Positions 50,248 to 60,012 of a DNA stretch of 64,000 nucleotides are shown here, in pieces. The notes under the pieces were generated by a model. That model was not told the DNA's origin. It made no database searches and worked only from the letters and a program-made list of their open reading frames with translations. The position numbers were made by a program, and so were the translations under genes. The stretch comes from Candidatus Bathyarchaeia archaeon (GTDB lineage Archaea; Thermoproteota; Bathyarchaeia; 40CM-2-53-6). How positions within the stretch are numbered: position 1 is the first letter of the stretch; each line of letters starts with the position of its first letter. The DNA lies in NCBI GenBank assembly GCA_049517415.1, contig JBEKSC010000008.1:1-64000 (forward strand). The letters run 5' to 3'.

Positions 50248-52440
50248 CTAGACGTCTGATAGAGGTGCTGGTTTACTCCGAGTGAGAAAGATGATTCCTT
50301 TACCTTGCTGAACTTGGAAGCGAGTCCAGCGGTCGATATAGGGCCTGTCTCTTAGCTTCTTGATCCTCAATCGCCTTCGTTGTCCGCTGCCAGATTCCTG
50401 AAGTTCTGTCTCAATGACACAATCAGAGGATTCCTCAAGCTTCGTCAGATCCGCTTTCTCAATTCCCGTCCCTACCGTTACGCAGAATTTTCCGCCGTTT
50501 GCCTTCACCTTCGCGGCGACAGATTGAAGGAAATTTATCAAGTAATCAATCCGCAAAGCAGTGATTAGTGGATTCAATGAATCGAAATAGACGTCCGCTC
50601 CCAGCCCGGCGACCTCCAAGCATTTCGTAATTTTCAAACTCAAATTAGTCAAGTCTGTGTGTGAAGAAACCGAAAATTCTTCCTTCGACAAACCTCCACC
50701 GACCGCAGAATAGGCGTCGATAAAGATCAGTTTGTCACCCTGCAAGTTACTTTCATCCGTTACTCCAAGCCTTAACATGTTCTCACGAGTTTTGTGAGGA
50801 TACTCGGTGTTGGTTATGTAGATTGATTTGCCTTGCGCAAAGTGTTCGGCGGCAAGGGAATTTAGAAGGACACTCTTCCCGGAACCAGAGTTGCCTGATA
50901 TCATTATGAAACAAGTTTCGGGTAAGCGTCCTTGTGTGAGCTCTGTGAAATAGGCGAAGCTCCTTGGGTAGAGTTTGCCGCGCCTCCGTCGAACTAGTAC
51001 AACAGACGCGAGTGATAGAAAAGCAAGGGCGCCTATCAATGTAAGCGTTCGATGAGGAAACGGAACCGTTACAATAGTGGGACCATTTGTCCGCACATTC
51101 AATGGGAATTCATACGTGGCAAGGAGGTAATCCACGCGAACCGTGTAGTTCCCTGCCGGGATCGTCTTAAAGTTGGCAATTCCACTTACCCCGGTGAGCA
51201 CCTCTTGAACAGCGTTTTTCTGGTACAGTGTGACACTCGCTAGGGGAACCGGGACGGGCAAAGGCAATCCACCCAGTCTGATCCTGATCGATGGATCGAA
51301 AACCTGGAGTTCTATCCGAAGCTGCTGCAGCGTAGCGTTCACGACGTCAAGTGGAAAGCGTGTCCGTGTTCCAAGCCAAGTAATCGTAAGATCCAGTGAA
51401 CCCACCACTCGTGTGGAAGGCAACGATAATGTGCCCCAGCCTGATGCATTCGTCACCGCGCTCCAATTCGCGTCTGTTCCCAAACTCACCGTCAAAGTTG
51501 CATTGTCAAGAACCGTTCCATCTGAACCAACAGCTTCAATGGCGAGGGGATAAAACGAACTTATCCAAAGATGGTCCGTGAACGAATAACTGCCGCCTGA
51601 TAGGTCGCGCAACAACAGGGCGACTTGCCATTCGCCCTCGCTTAGTCTCGATGTGACTGACATTTGGCTTGAGTAGTCAGTGCTGTTTTCAGCGTTGAGC
51701 GCAAAATCGATGTTCGATCCGTTCGGAGCTGTTAACTCGAATGAACGTGAAATGAAACGGTAGACGCCGATTGCGTCGTTAACCTCTGCTTGGATTGTGA
51801 CAGCTTGGCTGCCTGTTGAGTCCGCTTGAAAGACTTTACCGAAACTGGGTTGGCCGAGGAACTGCAGAACTGCTGAAGTGGGAGACACAACTTGAATTCT
51901 TAGGCCCGTTGGTGTTCCGGGAGCATCCCACACCAAGAGTGGCGGGCCGGTGCCTGACGTTTGGTTAGCATTAATGCGAAGCACTATGGCTGAGTCTTCT
52001 TGGAATTTGTAATCGGCCAATCCTCCCGCGCCAAGCGTCACCGGTGTAGCTACGGTGGTTAGGCTGAGTTGGGCGTCCACTCTCGCGCCGGGAATCGCCG
52101 TCTCAGTTCCTTCCTTCGAGAGTTCGGTGACTTGGACTGCGACAGTTCCGAAGAAGGCCCCGCTCGCGCGAAGATATAGGGTGAACGTGATAGCCCCCTG
52201 AATTTCTAAACTCTCACCAAGCACCGGGCTAAGCCTGAAAGCGAGGCCTTTACCCAAGTCTGCACTCTTCTGCCCAGTCCATTGCGGCAGGGCGTTCAAA
52301 ATCGCGGAAGAACCGTAAGAATGAGCATACAAAACTAAGTATTGTGGCGGAGCCTGCGCGCTCGCAACAGGTGCCATCAAGAATGGCAATAGAAAGAGAA
52401 GAATGAGCAAGCGAGAGGTCCGCAATAGAAAGGCCGACAC
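50248..52440 (-). CDS. Single-pass membrane protein: extracellular beta domains fused to a cytoplasmic KaiC/RAD55-like ATPase
   Basis: Signal peptide, TM + RRRRGK, Walker A GNSGSGKS, FIDAYS, Walker B VYFDSL, RRLRIKKLR. Confidence 0.85.
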   Translation of the reverse strand: MSAFLLRTSRLLILLFLLPFLMAPVASAQAPPQYLVLYAHSYGSSAILNALPQWTGQKSADLGKGLAFRLSPVLGESLEIQGAITFTLYLRASGAFFGTVAVQVTELSKEGTETAIPGARVDAQLSLTTVATPVTLGAGGLADYKFQEDSAIVLRINANQTSGTGPPLLVWDAPGTPTGLRIQVVSPTSAVLQFLGQPSFGKVFQADSTGSQAVTIQAEVNDAIGVYRFISRSFELTAPNGSNIDFALNAENSTDYSSQMSVTSRLSEGEWQVALLLRDLSGGSYSFTDHLWISSFYPLAIEAVGSDGTVLDNATLTVSLGTDANWSAVTNASGWGTLSLPSTRVVGSLDLTITWLGTRTRFPLDVVNATLQQLRIELQVFDPSIRIRLGGLPLPVPVPLASVTLYQKNAVQEVLTGVSGIANFKTIPAGNYTVRVDYLLATYEFPLNVRTNGPTIVTVPFPHRTLTLIGALAFLSLASVVLVRRRRGKLYPRSFAYFTELTQGRLPETCFIMISGNSGSGKSVLLNSLAAEHFAQGKSIYITNTEYPHKTRENMLRLGVTDESNLQGDKLIFIDAYSAVGGGLSKEEFSVSSHTDLTNLSLKITKCLEVAGLGADVYFDSLNPLITALRIDYLINFLQSVAAKVKANGGKFCVTVGTGIEKADLTKLEESSDCVIETELQESGSGQRRRLRIKKLRDRPYIDRWTRFQVQQGKGIIFLTRSKPAPLSDV

Positions 52441-52597
52441 GTGGTATACGAACGTGCCAATTTAGGATTGTCTTTGATTCATCCACCGAAAAGTAATCCC
52501 TGTTTTCTGGCATTATTTCATGCGTTTGCGTTAAAATCAATGAATTTTTGGGGCCGATTTGACATTTTGGCTGATATATCGGTGTCCGAGGCGTCGG

Positions 52598-52605
52598 CTT
52601 ATATA
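52598..52605 (+). promoter_or_regulatory. Candidate TATA box of the large surface-protein gene
   Basis: CTTATATA about 75 nt upstream of the start; GGGAG Shine-Dalgarno-like motif before 52678. Confidence 0.35.
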
Positions 52606-52677
52606 TGTTCAGGCCGGTCTAGACGAAATTTGTATGCGTATGTAATGCGCATAACAGAATTAGGGAGAAAATGAAAA

Positions 52678-55600
52678 TTGCATAAGAAATTAGCTGCAGC
52701 GCTAACAATCGCTATTTTCCTTATTAGCACGCTAGCAATTGTGAACCCGGTCCAAGCGACCTTTACGCTTGGCAACTTAACTGGAAGCTACCCGTATGAC
52801 GTTAACAATTTTGATCCGCACGTGGCTGGACCTGTCGGTTATGTCTGGCCGGGCGGCGGTCAAGCCGCATACCAGGGAATGTTGAACTCTGCTTCCAATT
52901 CTATGGCACCGGGATATCAGTCACCTTACCCGTCGGGCAATCCGCCGGGTGCACCGGCCAGTTGGTATCAGCTTGAGAGCGACGCATACTCGCCGTTCGG
53001 AGCTCCACTAACAGGCTCGACTGGTGACCTGATATTCGCATTAAACGCAACATGCACACCAATCAATTGGCAACCAGCAAACCTAGCAGCATGTGCCACT
53101 CAATTTGACGCAAACGGAAATGGAGTGAAACAGGCTGAAATTCAGACACCACTCGCGGACACGAAAGGTTGGGATTCGTGGGTTATCCTAATCCCACCCG
53201 AATTCAACGTACCGCTCTATGGAGCGGGCGAAGCACAGGTAGCAACTACAATAACGAACAATGCGGCCGATGTCGGAGTTTACAGAGTATCGCCCTTCGA
53301 CAGATACGCGCCCAACTATACAGCGATCTACATCACTGCCGATGGAACAGTGCAGAGTGAACATAAATCCGACTTAGGCACTAACACCGTAGGCTACAAC
53401 CACCAATTCATCAACTTCACGAGCGCAGGTGAATTTTACTACGCCAGAATCAACGGCGTAACCGCACCAAAGGTCGCCGGTAAGTACTTCTTCAAGATGT
53501 TACTGGTCGGCAACCTCGCAAGCAACGGCAAAATCAATGTTGGACCAACTCAAGCTGGTGCAGGTACAGACGCGGAGAATCCAGATGTTTGGGTTCCACC
53601 GCAAAACTGGCCAGTTATGCTTGTGAAGGGTGAAGTTGACCCGGCAATCGTGACCGGAACTCTCCGGTACGCTGGGTACAACGCGTCCCTATACGGGCAA
53701 CCAATTGAGGAAGCGGGTCAAGTGTGGGCTCACATGACTACTCGTCTAGACCCATACACGGGGGCTCAACGCCCCGACTTGCCGACGGTTGACGCACAGG
53801 CGTACGTGAACGCGACCGCGACCGGCCACTATGAAGTGGAAGGTCTCGCTCCGGGCATTTACAGCTTGTACGCGTCCGCGGCGGGTTATCCGCAGACTCT
53901 CTGTGCTAGCGGCATAACAGTATTGAGGGGGCAATCCCTTCACTTCGACTGCTACCTACAACCAGGCCCAGTAATTCATGGGCAAGTGTTCACGAAGCAT
54001 CAGTTCGGCGATGAGCCGTGGCCAGGAAACTTGACGACGGGTTCGTACATAAAGATTGAACTTTATGGCGCCCCGACGCTCAGCAACTTGGTTGACCCAA
54101 GTGCAGGCAGTCCAGTCTCATGGTCTCCGTTACCATGCACCGCGGGAGGCCAAGAAAAATACTACGGACGCCGGGCGGCCGGACTCTGTGGTGACCCACG
54201 TGATGGAAGCGCAATCGCGTTTCCATGGCATGAGTACAGCACAGACATGAACGTGGTCGCTCAACCGCCGGTTGGCGGAACAGCGCCAGGTTATGCGAAC
54301 GGGTACACGCGCGACGTATCAATGACTGATGTTTTCGGCAGCACTAAGTTGACGTCTGACCCTGAAGGGGTCGGGCCTCCACAGAAATGGTTCGTTCAGG
54401 GCGGGACAACTACTCCGTTCGCTTACGAGTTCGGGCTTAAGGGTGAGTACGGTGCTCCAACTGACCTCAGCGGTGAAGTACCGCAGGTCTATGCGACTTG
54501 GATCAACGGCTTGACCCCGGGAAGATACTATGTGCGTGCATGGGTCTTCCGTTATGTTCAAACAGCTCTGGATGGTTCTATCTTCCAAGAGTACTACTTT
54601 GACATAACGCCGAATGAGTGGGCTGGAGATGTGACGTTGCCTCTTGACCTACGCTTATCAAGCTGGGTTAACAAGACAGTGTACTTCCACGACACATCCA
54701 ACACCATAACAACCAGCCCTGTCCACAGCGGTGCAGGATTTCTTTGGGGTAACCTGATGGGCGCTGATGGGCACGTATATGCCCATAACGTAACCAACCT
54801 AGGCTACGATGACTTGTACTACTCATGCGCCTACGATTCCAACTCAAACGGCAGACAAGACAGAAACCAAAAAACGTTCGGAACTTACACGAGCATCTAC
54901 ACTGGAGTCCAGTATGTTGGTTCGGGAGAAACGGGTGCTCCTAGTATGTCATGCGCGGGCGACTCCAACCAACTCAACAGGGCGCACACGAATGCTGATT
55001 CACTAGCCTCTGGAAAGGCAGCAATCCAATTCTTTGGCTTCAACGACACTTGGGGTGGCGAAGACTACGGCATCCCATCTGGAACATATACACCGAACGT
55101 GGCCACAGACGGCTACTACAGCCCGTCCCCAGAGCAACAAGTATCAGTCACACTGAGCGGTAACCCAACCTCCATCAGCGATCACTTGTTCCTCGCCCCA
55201 GGCTTCAACGTAACCGTAACCAGCATTGACTGGGAACGGCCAAGTGTAGCCCGACCGTGGATCTGGTCCGGTTGCCAAGACGCGGGAGCAAATGGCCTCG
55301 CGAACGGCAACGGCAATGCCGCACACAGCAACGCTGACAAAGACAGCGGCTGTACAGGATCAGAGATCGACCTCGGTTTCTACCCGGTAGTGAACGGCAC
55401 AGCGGGCAACATCTATGACACCATCGGTGACACATCCAGCTACTTCTACCTACCCTCAAGCATCCCATCCACCCAACTATACCAAGGTCCAGAGGGAACG
55501 GACTGCCTCCTAGGCAAGTCACCCGCGTACACCTGTACTGAGATGGATGGCGGTGGACGCAATGTACTCCAGTACTACCAAATCTCGCACGGTGTCTTTT

Positions 55601-57066
55601 ACGGCGATTCCGCACGCTACGCATTCGTGGGAGGACAAACCGCGGGCAAGAACGGATTCACTACAGCTTCAAAGCTTCTAGTCGACAGCATGTTCAACCA
55701 AAAGAGAGTCGTCTGGCCACTTTACTTTAACCAGGGCCAATACGACCTCGCAGCCTACACGTATGGCTACATACAAGACCAAACCTTCACAGCCTATGCC
55801 CAAAACGGCCAAGTTGCCGACATGCGAGTCAATTTGCTCATCGGCGTGAACCTAACTCTTGATATTCTCTTCAAGAAGGAGAGTATCATAACCGGCACGC
55901 CGTTTAACATGTCCGCACGGGTCCGCTTCTTCAACGACCAAAGTCAGATGGTTGCTGAATGGATGTCCAGCGAGGGCACCTACGTTGACCGCAGTGGTCA
56001 CGCGATCGCAGCCAACGGAGCGCTGCCGGTAGGCGGAAGTGGTTTCACGACTCCCTCCGACCCGCTCTACCCGTTCACCGACCAAGCGGGTTACCAGAAA
56101 CCTGCTTCTGGGCTACAAGGATACAACTTCGTACCCGGAAACACAACATTACTTAACGTCCTAACGGCTGGCTTACCGCAGCAGCCGCCCGCTGGAAAAT
56201 TCCTAAGCAATGAATACTTCAGCGACCCACTGCAAGGCGGTGGAGGAACTTTCGGAGACTGCGACTTCAACCTCTACTGTTACCCAGCCGCGCATGCTCA
56301 GTACCCATTCCCCAACACGGGAATCACAGGTGCTCCAGACTATACGGGTGGATGGACAGCCGAAGTCGACTTCGTCCCATGGTACGCCAACAACACCGGC
56401 ATCCAGGCCTTCGTAGGCCAGAGTGGCGCGACCAGCGTAGTTGGCACAGGGCCCTATCCAGCATACTACCCGCCGATTCAAGGGCTACTAATGGGTGAAT
56501 CGTACCACATCGTCCCAGGCACGACCGCAACCTCAGGCATCAGCCTGACAGAAGACACGGCAACGAATACATACGTGTCCCCGCCGGGCAGCAGCTTCGT
56601 CGGCCACAGCATGGCAGCGAACCACTTAGGCCCGTACTCGCAGGAAGGTGTCTGGCAGATCAGCAACGCTCACCTAAGCGGTGAAGCTAGCGGAATCTTC
56701 GAAGTCGACTTGAACGGCCTCGTATCAGGCAACGCTCTAGCGTTCACGTGGGCTAACGAGTTCCGGCCTTTGAGCTGGGCCTCAGTTAGCGTCGTGGGAG
56801 CAAGCGGTGCATCGTTTAACTTCTACACCTACGACGGCATCTACGAAGCCTACCTGCCACCCGGCACGTACAAGTTCACCATAAGCTCACCAAGCTACGC
56901 GGCTCAAACCTTCTCCGTAGTGATCTCACCAGGCCAAGCCGGGGTAGGCCAGAACGTGTACATGCAACAGAACAACGTACCAGTCCCAGAATTCAGTGGA
57001 GTAGCAGTTGTCGCCTTCTCAGCGTTAGCAGCTTCAGTATACCTACTCAGACGAAGACGCAAATAA
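52678..57066 (+). CDS. Very large secreted surface protein with PEF-CTERM-like tail (possible major envelope/S-layer protein)
   Basis: 1462 aa; signal peptide; G/T/N/Y/P-rich; many N-x-S/T sequons; C-terminal VPVPEF + TM + RRRRK. Confidence 0.85.
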   Translation: MHKKLAAALTIAIFLISTLAIVNPVQATFTLGNLTGSYPYDVNNFDPHVAGPVGYVWPGGGQAAYQGMLNSASNSMAPGYQSPYPSGNPPGAPASWYQLESDAYSPFGAPLTGSTGDLIFALNATCTPINWQPANLAACATQFDANGNGVKQAEIQTPLADTKGWDSWVILIPPEFNVPLYGAGEAQVATTITNNAADVGVYRVSPFDRYAPNYTAIYITADGTVQSEHKSDLGTNTVGYNHQFINFTSAGEFYYARINGVTAPKVAGKYFFKMLLVGNLASNGKINVGPTQAGAGTDAENPDVWVPPQNWPVMLVKGEVDPAIVTGTLRYAGYNASLYGQPIEEAGQVWAHMTTRLDPYTGAQRPDLPTVDAQAYVNATATGHYEVEGLAPGIYSLYASAAGYPQTLCASGITVLRGQSLHFDCYLQPGPVIHGQVFTKHQFGDEPWPGNLTTGSYIKIELYGAPTLSNLVDPSAGSPVSWSPLPCTAGGQEKYYGRRAAGLCGDPRDGSAIAFPWHEYSTDMNVVAQPPVGGTAPGYANGYTRDVSMTDVFGSTKLTSDPEGVGPPQKWFVQGGTTTPFAYEFGLKGEYGAPTDLSGEVPQVYATWINGLTPGRYYVRAWVFRYVQTALDGSIFQEYYFDITPNEWAGDVTLPLDLRLSSWVNKTVYFHDTSNTITTSPVHSGAGFLWGNLMGADGHVYAHNVTNLGYDDLYYSCAYDSNSNGRQDRNQKTFGTYTSIYTGVQYVGSGETGAPSMSCAGDSNQLNRAHTNADSLASGKAAIQFFGFNDTWGGEDYGIPSGTYTPNVATDGYYSPSPEQQVSVTLSGNPTSISDHLFLAPGFNVTVTSIDWERPSVARPWIWSGCQDAGANGLANGNGNAAHSNADKDSGCTGSEIDLGFYPVVNGTAGNIYDTIGDTSSYFYLPSSIPSTQLYQGPEGTDCLLGKSPAYTCTEMDGGGRNVLQYYQISHGVFYGDSARYAFVGGQTAGKNGFTTASKLLVDSMFNQKRVVWPLYFNQGQYDLAAYTYGYIQDQTFTAYAQNGQVADMRVNLLIGVNLTLDILFKKESIITGTPFNMSARVRFFNDQSQMVAEWMSSEGTYVDRSGHAIAANGALPVGGSGFTTPSDPLYPFTDQAGYQKPASGLQGYNFVPGNTTLLNVLTAGLPQQPPAGKFLSNEYFSDPLQGGGGTFGDCDFNLYCYPAAHAQYPFPNTGITGAPDYTGGWTAEVDFVPWYANNTGIQAFVGQSGATSVVGTGPYPAYYPPIQGLLMGESYHIVPGTTATSGISLTEDTATNTYVSPPGSSFVGHSMAANHLGPYSQEGVWQISNAHLSGEASGIFEVDLNGLVSGNALAFTWANEFRPLSWASVSVVGASGASFNFYTYDGIYEAYLPPGTYKFTISSPSYAAQTFSVVISPGQAGVGQNVYMQQNNVPVPEFSGVAVVAFSALAASVYLLRRRRK

Positions 57067-57071
57067 GCGTC

Positions 57072-57110
57072 CGAGCGCCCGAAAAGCGCTCGTACCCCTT
57101 TCTATTTTTT
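57072..57110 (+). terminator. Hairpin plus pyrimidine/T-tract terminator
   Basis: cgagcgc-ccgaaaa-gcgctcg followed by tacccctttctatttttt right after the stop codon. Confidence 0.7.
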
Positions 57111-57830
57111 CAATAAAATACGAGGCTACTGTGTAAGGAGAAGCTGTCCGGTCTGGGACGATTACAATTTCAATAGTTCGATTGCGTTTTCTCCCAGGCT
57201 CTTCTCTTTCTGCTGTTCGCTAATCCTCAGACTCTTAATGCGATCCACAGCATGGTACGATGTCAAATGGATTTCGTGTGGGAAATCTGTTACCAGCACT
57301 AGTTTCTCAGCGCCGGAAAAAGTATCCTGAGCCCATACGACGGCCGGCGACTTCCGCAGCTACGACTCAGTTGGTCACAACGCTAACGACGACTAAGAAT
57401 CCGCATCGGCAAGCACCAAGCAAGTTGGAACAGCCTAAGCCGTCTATGTGAAGGAATGCGCGATAGCTTGACGTGGCGCTGGTAGCGCCCCTTCGACCAA
57501 TGATAACAAAAGCAGGTAATAGTAAATGCGAAGAAGTTTCGCCTGAACATGTACATGTTCGCCAGGGAGTATGTACATCTTTCCGCAAACGGGATTGAGG
57601 TAACGTGGCCGCAAACCATGTACATGGTTACCGGCGACCAAGTACATCGTTCAGAGGGTTCGAGTTCGCGGGGCGGATTGGTGTCCCGTCAGGCGGGACC
57701 TAGATGCCATTCAAGTAATCATCTATGTGAAAGCAGAACCGGCACTCGAACAACAGACACATGGCCTACCGGGGGTGAATAGCGTTACGCATATGAGTAA
57801 TGTTGGCTATTCGAAAAGGTGGTGCTTTAG

Positions 57831-58598
57831 ATGCGTTTCGGTGGAAAAACCGCCGTAGTCACGGGGGCTTCCCGAGGAATAGGCCGAGCAACGGCCCTAG
57901 CCTTGGCGAGGGAAGGCTGCAACGTAGCCGTCAACTATGAGAAAAATAGTCAGAAAGCAGACGACGTCGCTAATGCGATCAGGACTCTGAAAGCACAAGC
58001 CATCGCAGTCAGATGCGACGTTTCAAAAAGGAGTGATGTTGAGGCCATGTTCAAGGCCGCCATAGGCGAGTTCGGGAAGGTGGACATCCTAGTGAACAAC
58101 GCGGCCATCGATTTCGGAACAAACATGCTAGAAACGACTGACGAAATTTGGGACAGAACTTTAGACGTGAACCTGAAAGGCGTATTTCTTTGCACACAAA
58201 TAGCCGCAAGATACATGGTGCAGAGAAAGTATGGGAAGATCGTGAACATCTCGTCGAACTCAGGATTCGGGGTCGCTGTCTGGGGTGAAACCGCCTACGC
58301 CGCGTCGAAAGCCGGCGTTATCCAACTAACAAAAACCGCAGCTTTCGAGCTCGGACAATATGGAATTAATGTAAACTGCATAGCGCCCGGATCAGTTCAT
58401 GCTGACATGCTCAAGGGGAAAATGACAGATCAGGAGTACGAAAAGTTTCTAGAGGCCAGGAAGAAAATAACTTCGCTAGGCATAATCGGCGAGCCCGAAG
58501 ACATTGCTGCAGCAGTTCTATTCTTGGCCAGCGACGATTCACGATTCATCACCGGCAAGACTATCCTAGTGGACGGTGGCAGAAGAGACTTCCTATGA
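57831..58598 (+). CDS. Short-chain dehydrogenase/reductase (FabG-like)
   Basis: TGASRGIG, LVNNAA, YAASK, NCIAPG, VDGG. Confidence 0.93.
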   Translation: MRFGGKTAVVTGASRGIGRATALALAREGCNVAVNYEKNSQKADDVANAIRTLKAQAIAVRCDVSKRSDVEAMFKAAIGEFGKVDILVNNAAIDFGTNMLETTDEIWDRTLDVNLKGVFLCTQIAARYMVQRKYGKIVNISSNSGFGVAVWGETAYAASKAGVIQLTKTAAFELGQYGINVNCIAPGSVHADMLKGKMTDQEYEKFLEARKKITSLGIIGEPEDIAAAVLFLASDDSRFITGKTILVDGGRRDFL

Positions 58599-58862
58599 GA
58601 GAGAAGAAGATCCACCCGATCTCCCATTGCTTGAGATTACATATCACACAAGCTAAGAGGCCACGTGGGCCTCTGAGGCGGCGGATTATATGGTAGTGGC
58701 GGCATTTGCCCTAGACGATTCGGCTTTTAACTCGTGCCGATGGTTTTTGATTCGATTTAGCATTGTCTTGGCTACCATCAAGAACCGCGACTGGTTTGTC
58801 ATGCATAATTCCAAACGGGAGCTGCCGAGTCAGGGATTGGGCCAAATCAGGACGAGTCTGCC

Positions 58863-59987
58863 GTGAACTTCTACATCACGTTGACGACCAATTGCAACCT
58901 CAAATGTAGCTACTGCTACGGTAAGTCCTGCGAGGATTTTGGTAGCGACTTCCATGGGCTTGAAGTCGACTATTCGCTGCCCAGTGAAGTTGCCTATGAC
59001 AGCGAGGTACTGCGGAATTTTCTGCAGAAAGATCGAAAGACCGCCCTGATATTCTACGGAGGTGAGCCCATGCTACGGTTGAGCAAACTGCGAGAAATCA
59101 TGAACACCGTCGAAGCTGACAGGTTCATCATCCAGACCAATGGCCTTCTGCTAAACAGGTTGGAGCCTGGGTACGTGAACAGGTTCCGATCGATCTTCGT
59201 ATCACTAGACGGCGACGAAGCGTTGACTGACCATTATCGAGGGAAAGGGGTCTACGGGCGAGTTGCGCGCAACCTGAGGCTGATTCGCGAGAACGGGTTT
59301 AGAGGCGAGGTTGTGGCGCGAATGACCATCGCGGAAGAAACTGAGATCGATACCCAAGTCCTGACGTTACTTAATGGCGCAGAGCTGCCGATATCATCAG
59401 TCCATTGGCAGCTTGATGCCCTCTTTTGGCAGAATGACTATTCGAAGCGACGGTTCTCAGAGTGGGTTAGGACGAGTTACAAGCCTCGCCTTAGGAGACT
59501 CATCGACTATTGGGTGCAGCACATGAAGGATACCGGCGAGGTACTGCGGCTCTATCCGTTTCTCGGAGTGATGCAGTCTCTGCTTCTCGGCGAGTCGAGC
59601 CAGCTGCGTTTCGGCGCCGGTTGGATTGTCTTCAACATACAAACTGACGGGAACATAACACCCTGCCCCGTCATGGCGGGAATGAAAGACTTCTACTTAG
59701 GGAACATTCGCGAAACGCACCCCGAGAGTCTGAGAAACGCCGAGTTCGTATCCGAGCCTTGCACGCAATGCCAAGCACTTCCGGCCTGCGGTGGGCGTTG
59801 CCTCTACGCGAATGTCACTAAACTTTGGGGGAACGAAGGATTCAGGCAAGTTTGCGCAACGGTCACCGACATGATAAACGCATTGCAGGCGGCACTACCC
59901 GAAGTAAGGTCCCTCATAGATAATGGAAGAGTTCGGCTAGATGCTTTTGACTACATGAAATACAACGGATGCGAAATAATACCCTAA
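58863..59987 (+). CDS. Radical SAM/SPASM protein (TIGR04084/AF0577-like)
   Basis: CNLKCSYC, YGGEP, QTNG, SLDG, HWQLD, DGNITPCP, CTQC...CGGRC, C-terminal GCEIIP. Confidence 0.85.
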   Translation: MNFYITLTTNCNLKCSYCYGKSCEDFGSDFHGLEVDYSLPSEVAYDSEVLRNFLQKDRKTALIFYGGEPMLRLSKLREIMNTVEADRFIIQTNGLLLNRLEPGYVNRFRSIFVSLDGDEALTDHYRGKGVYGRVARNLRLIRENGFRGEVVARMTIAEETEIDTQVLTLLNGAELPISSVHWQLDALFWQNDYSKRRFSEWVRTSYKPRLRRLIDYWVQHMKDTGEVLRLYPFLGVMQSLLLGESSQLRFGAGWIVFNIQTDGNITPCPVMAGMKDFYLGNIRETHPESLRNAEFVSEPCTQCQALPACGGRCLYANVTKLWGNEGFRQVCATVTDMINALQAALPEVRSLIDNGRVRLDAFDYMKYNGCEIIP

Positions 59988-60012
59988 TTCAAGAAATACG
60001 GGGTCTCTAGGA

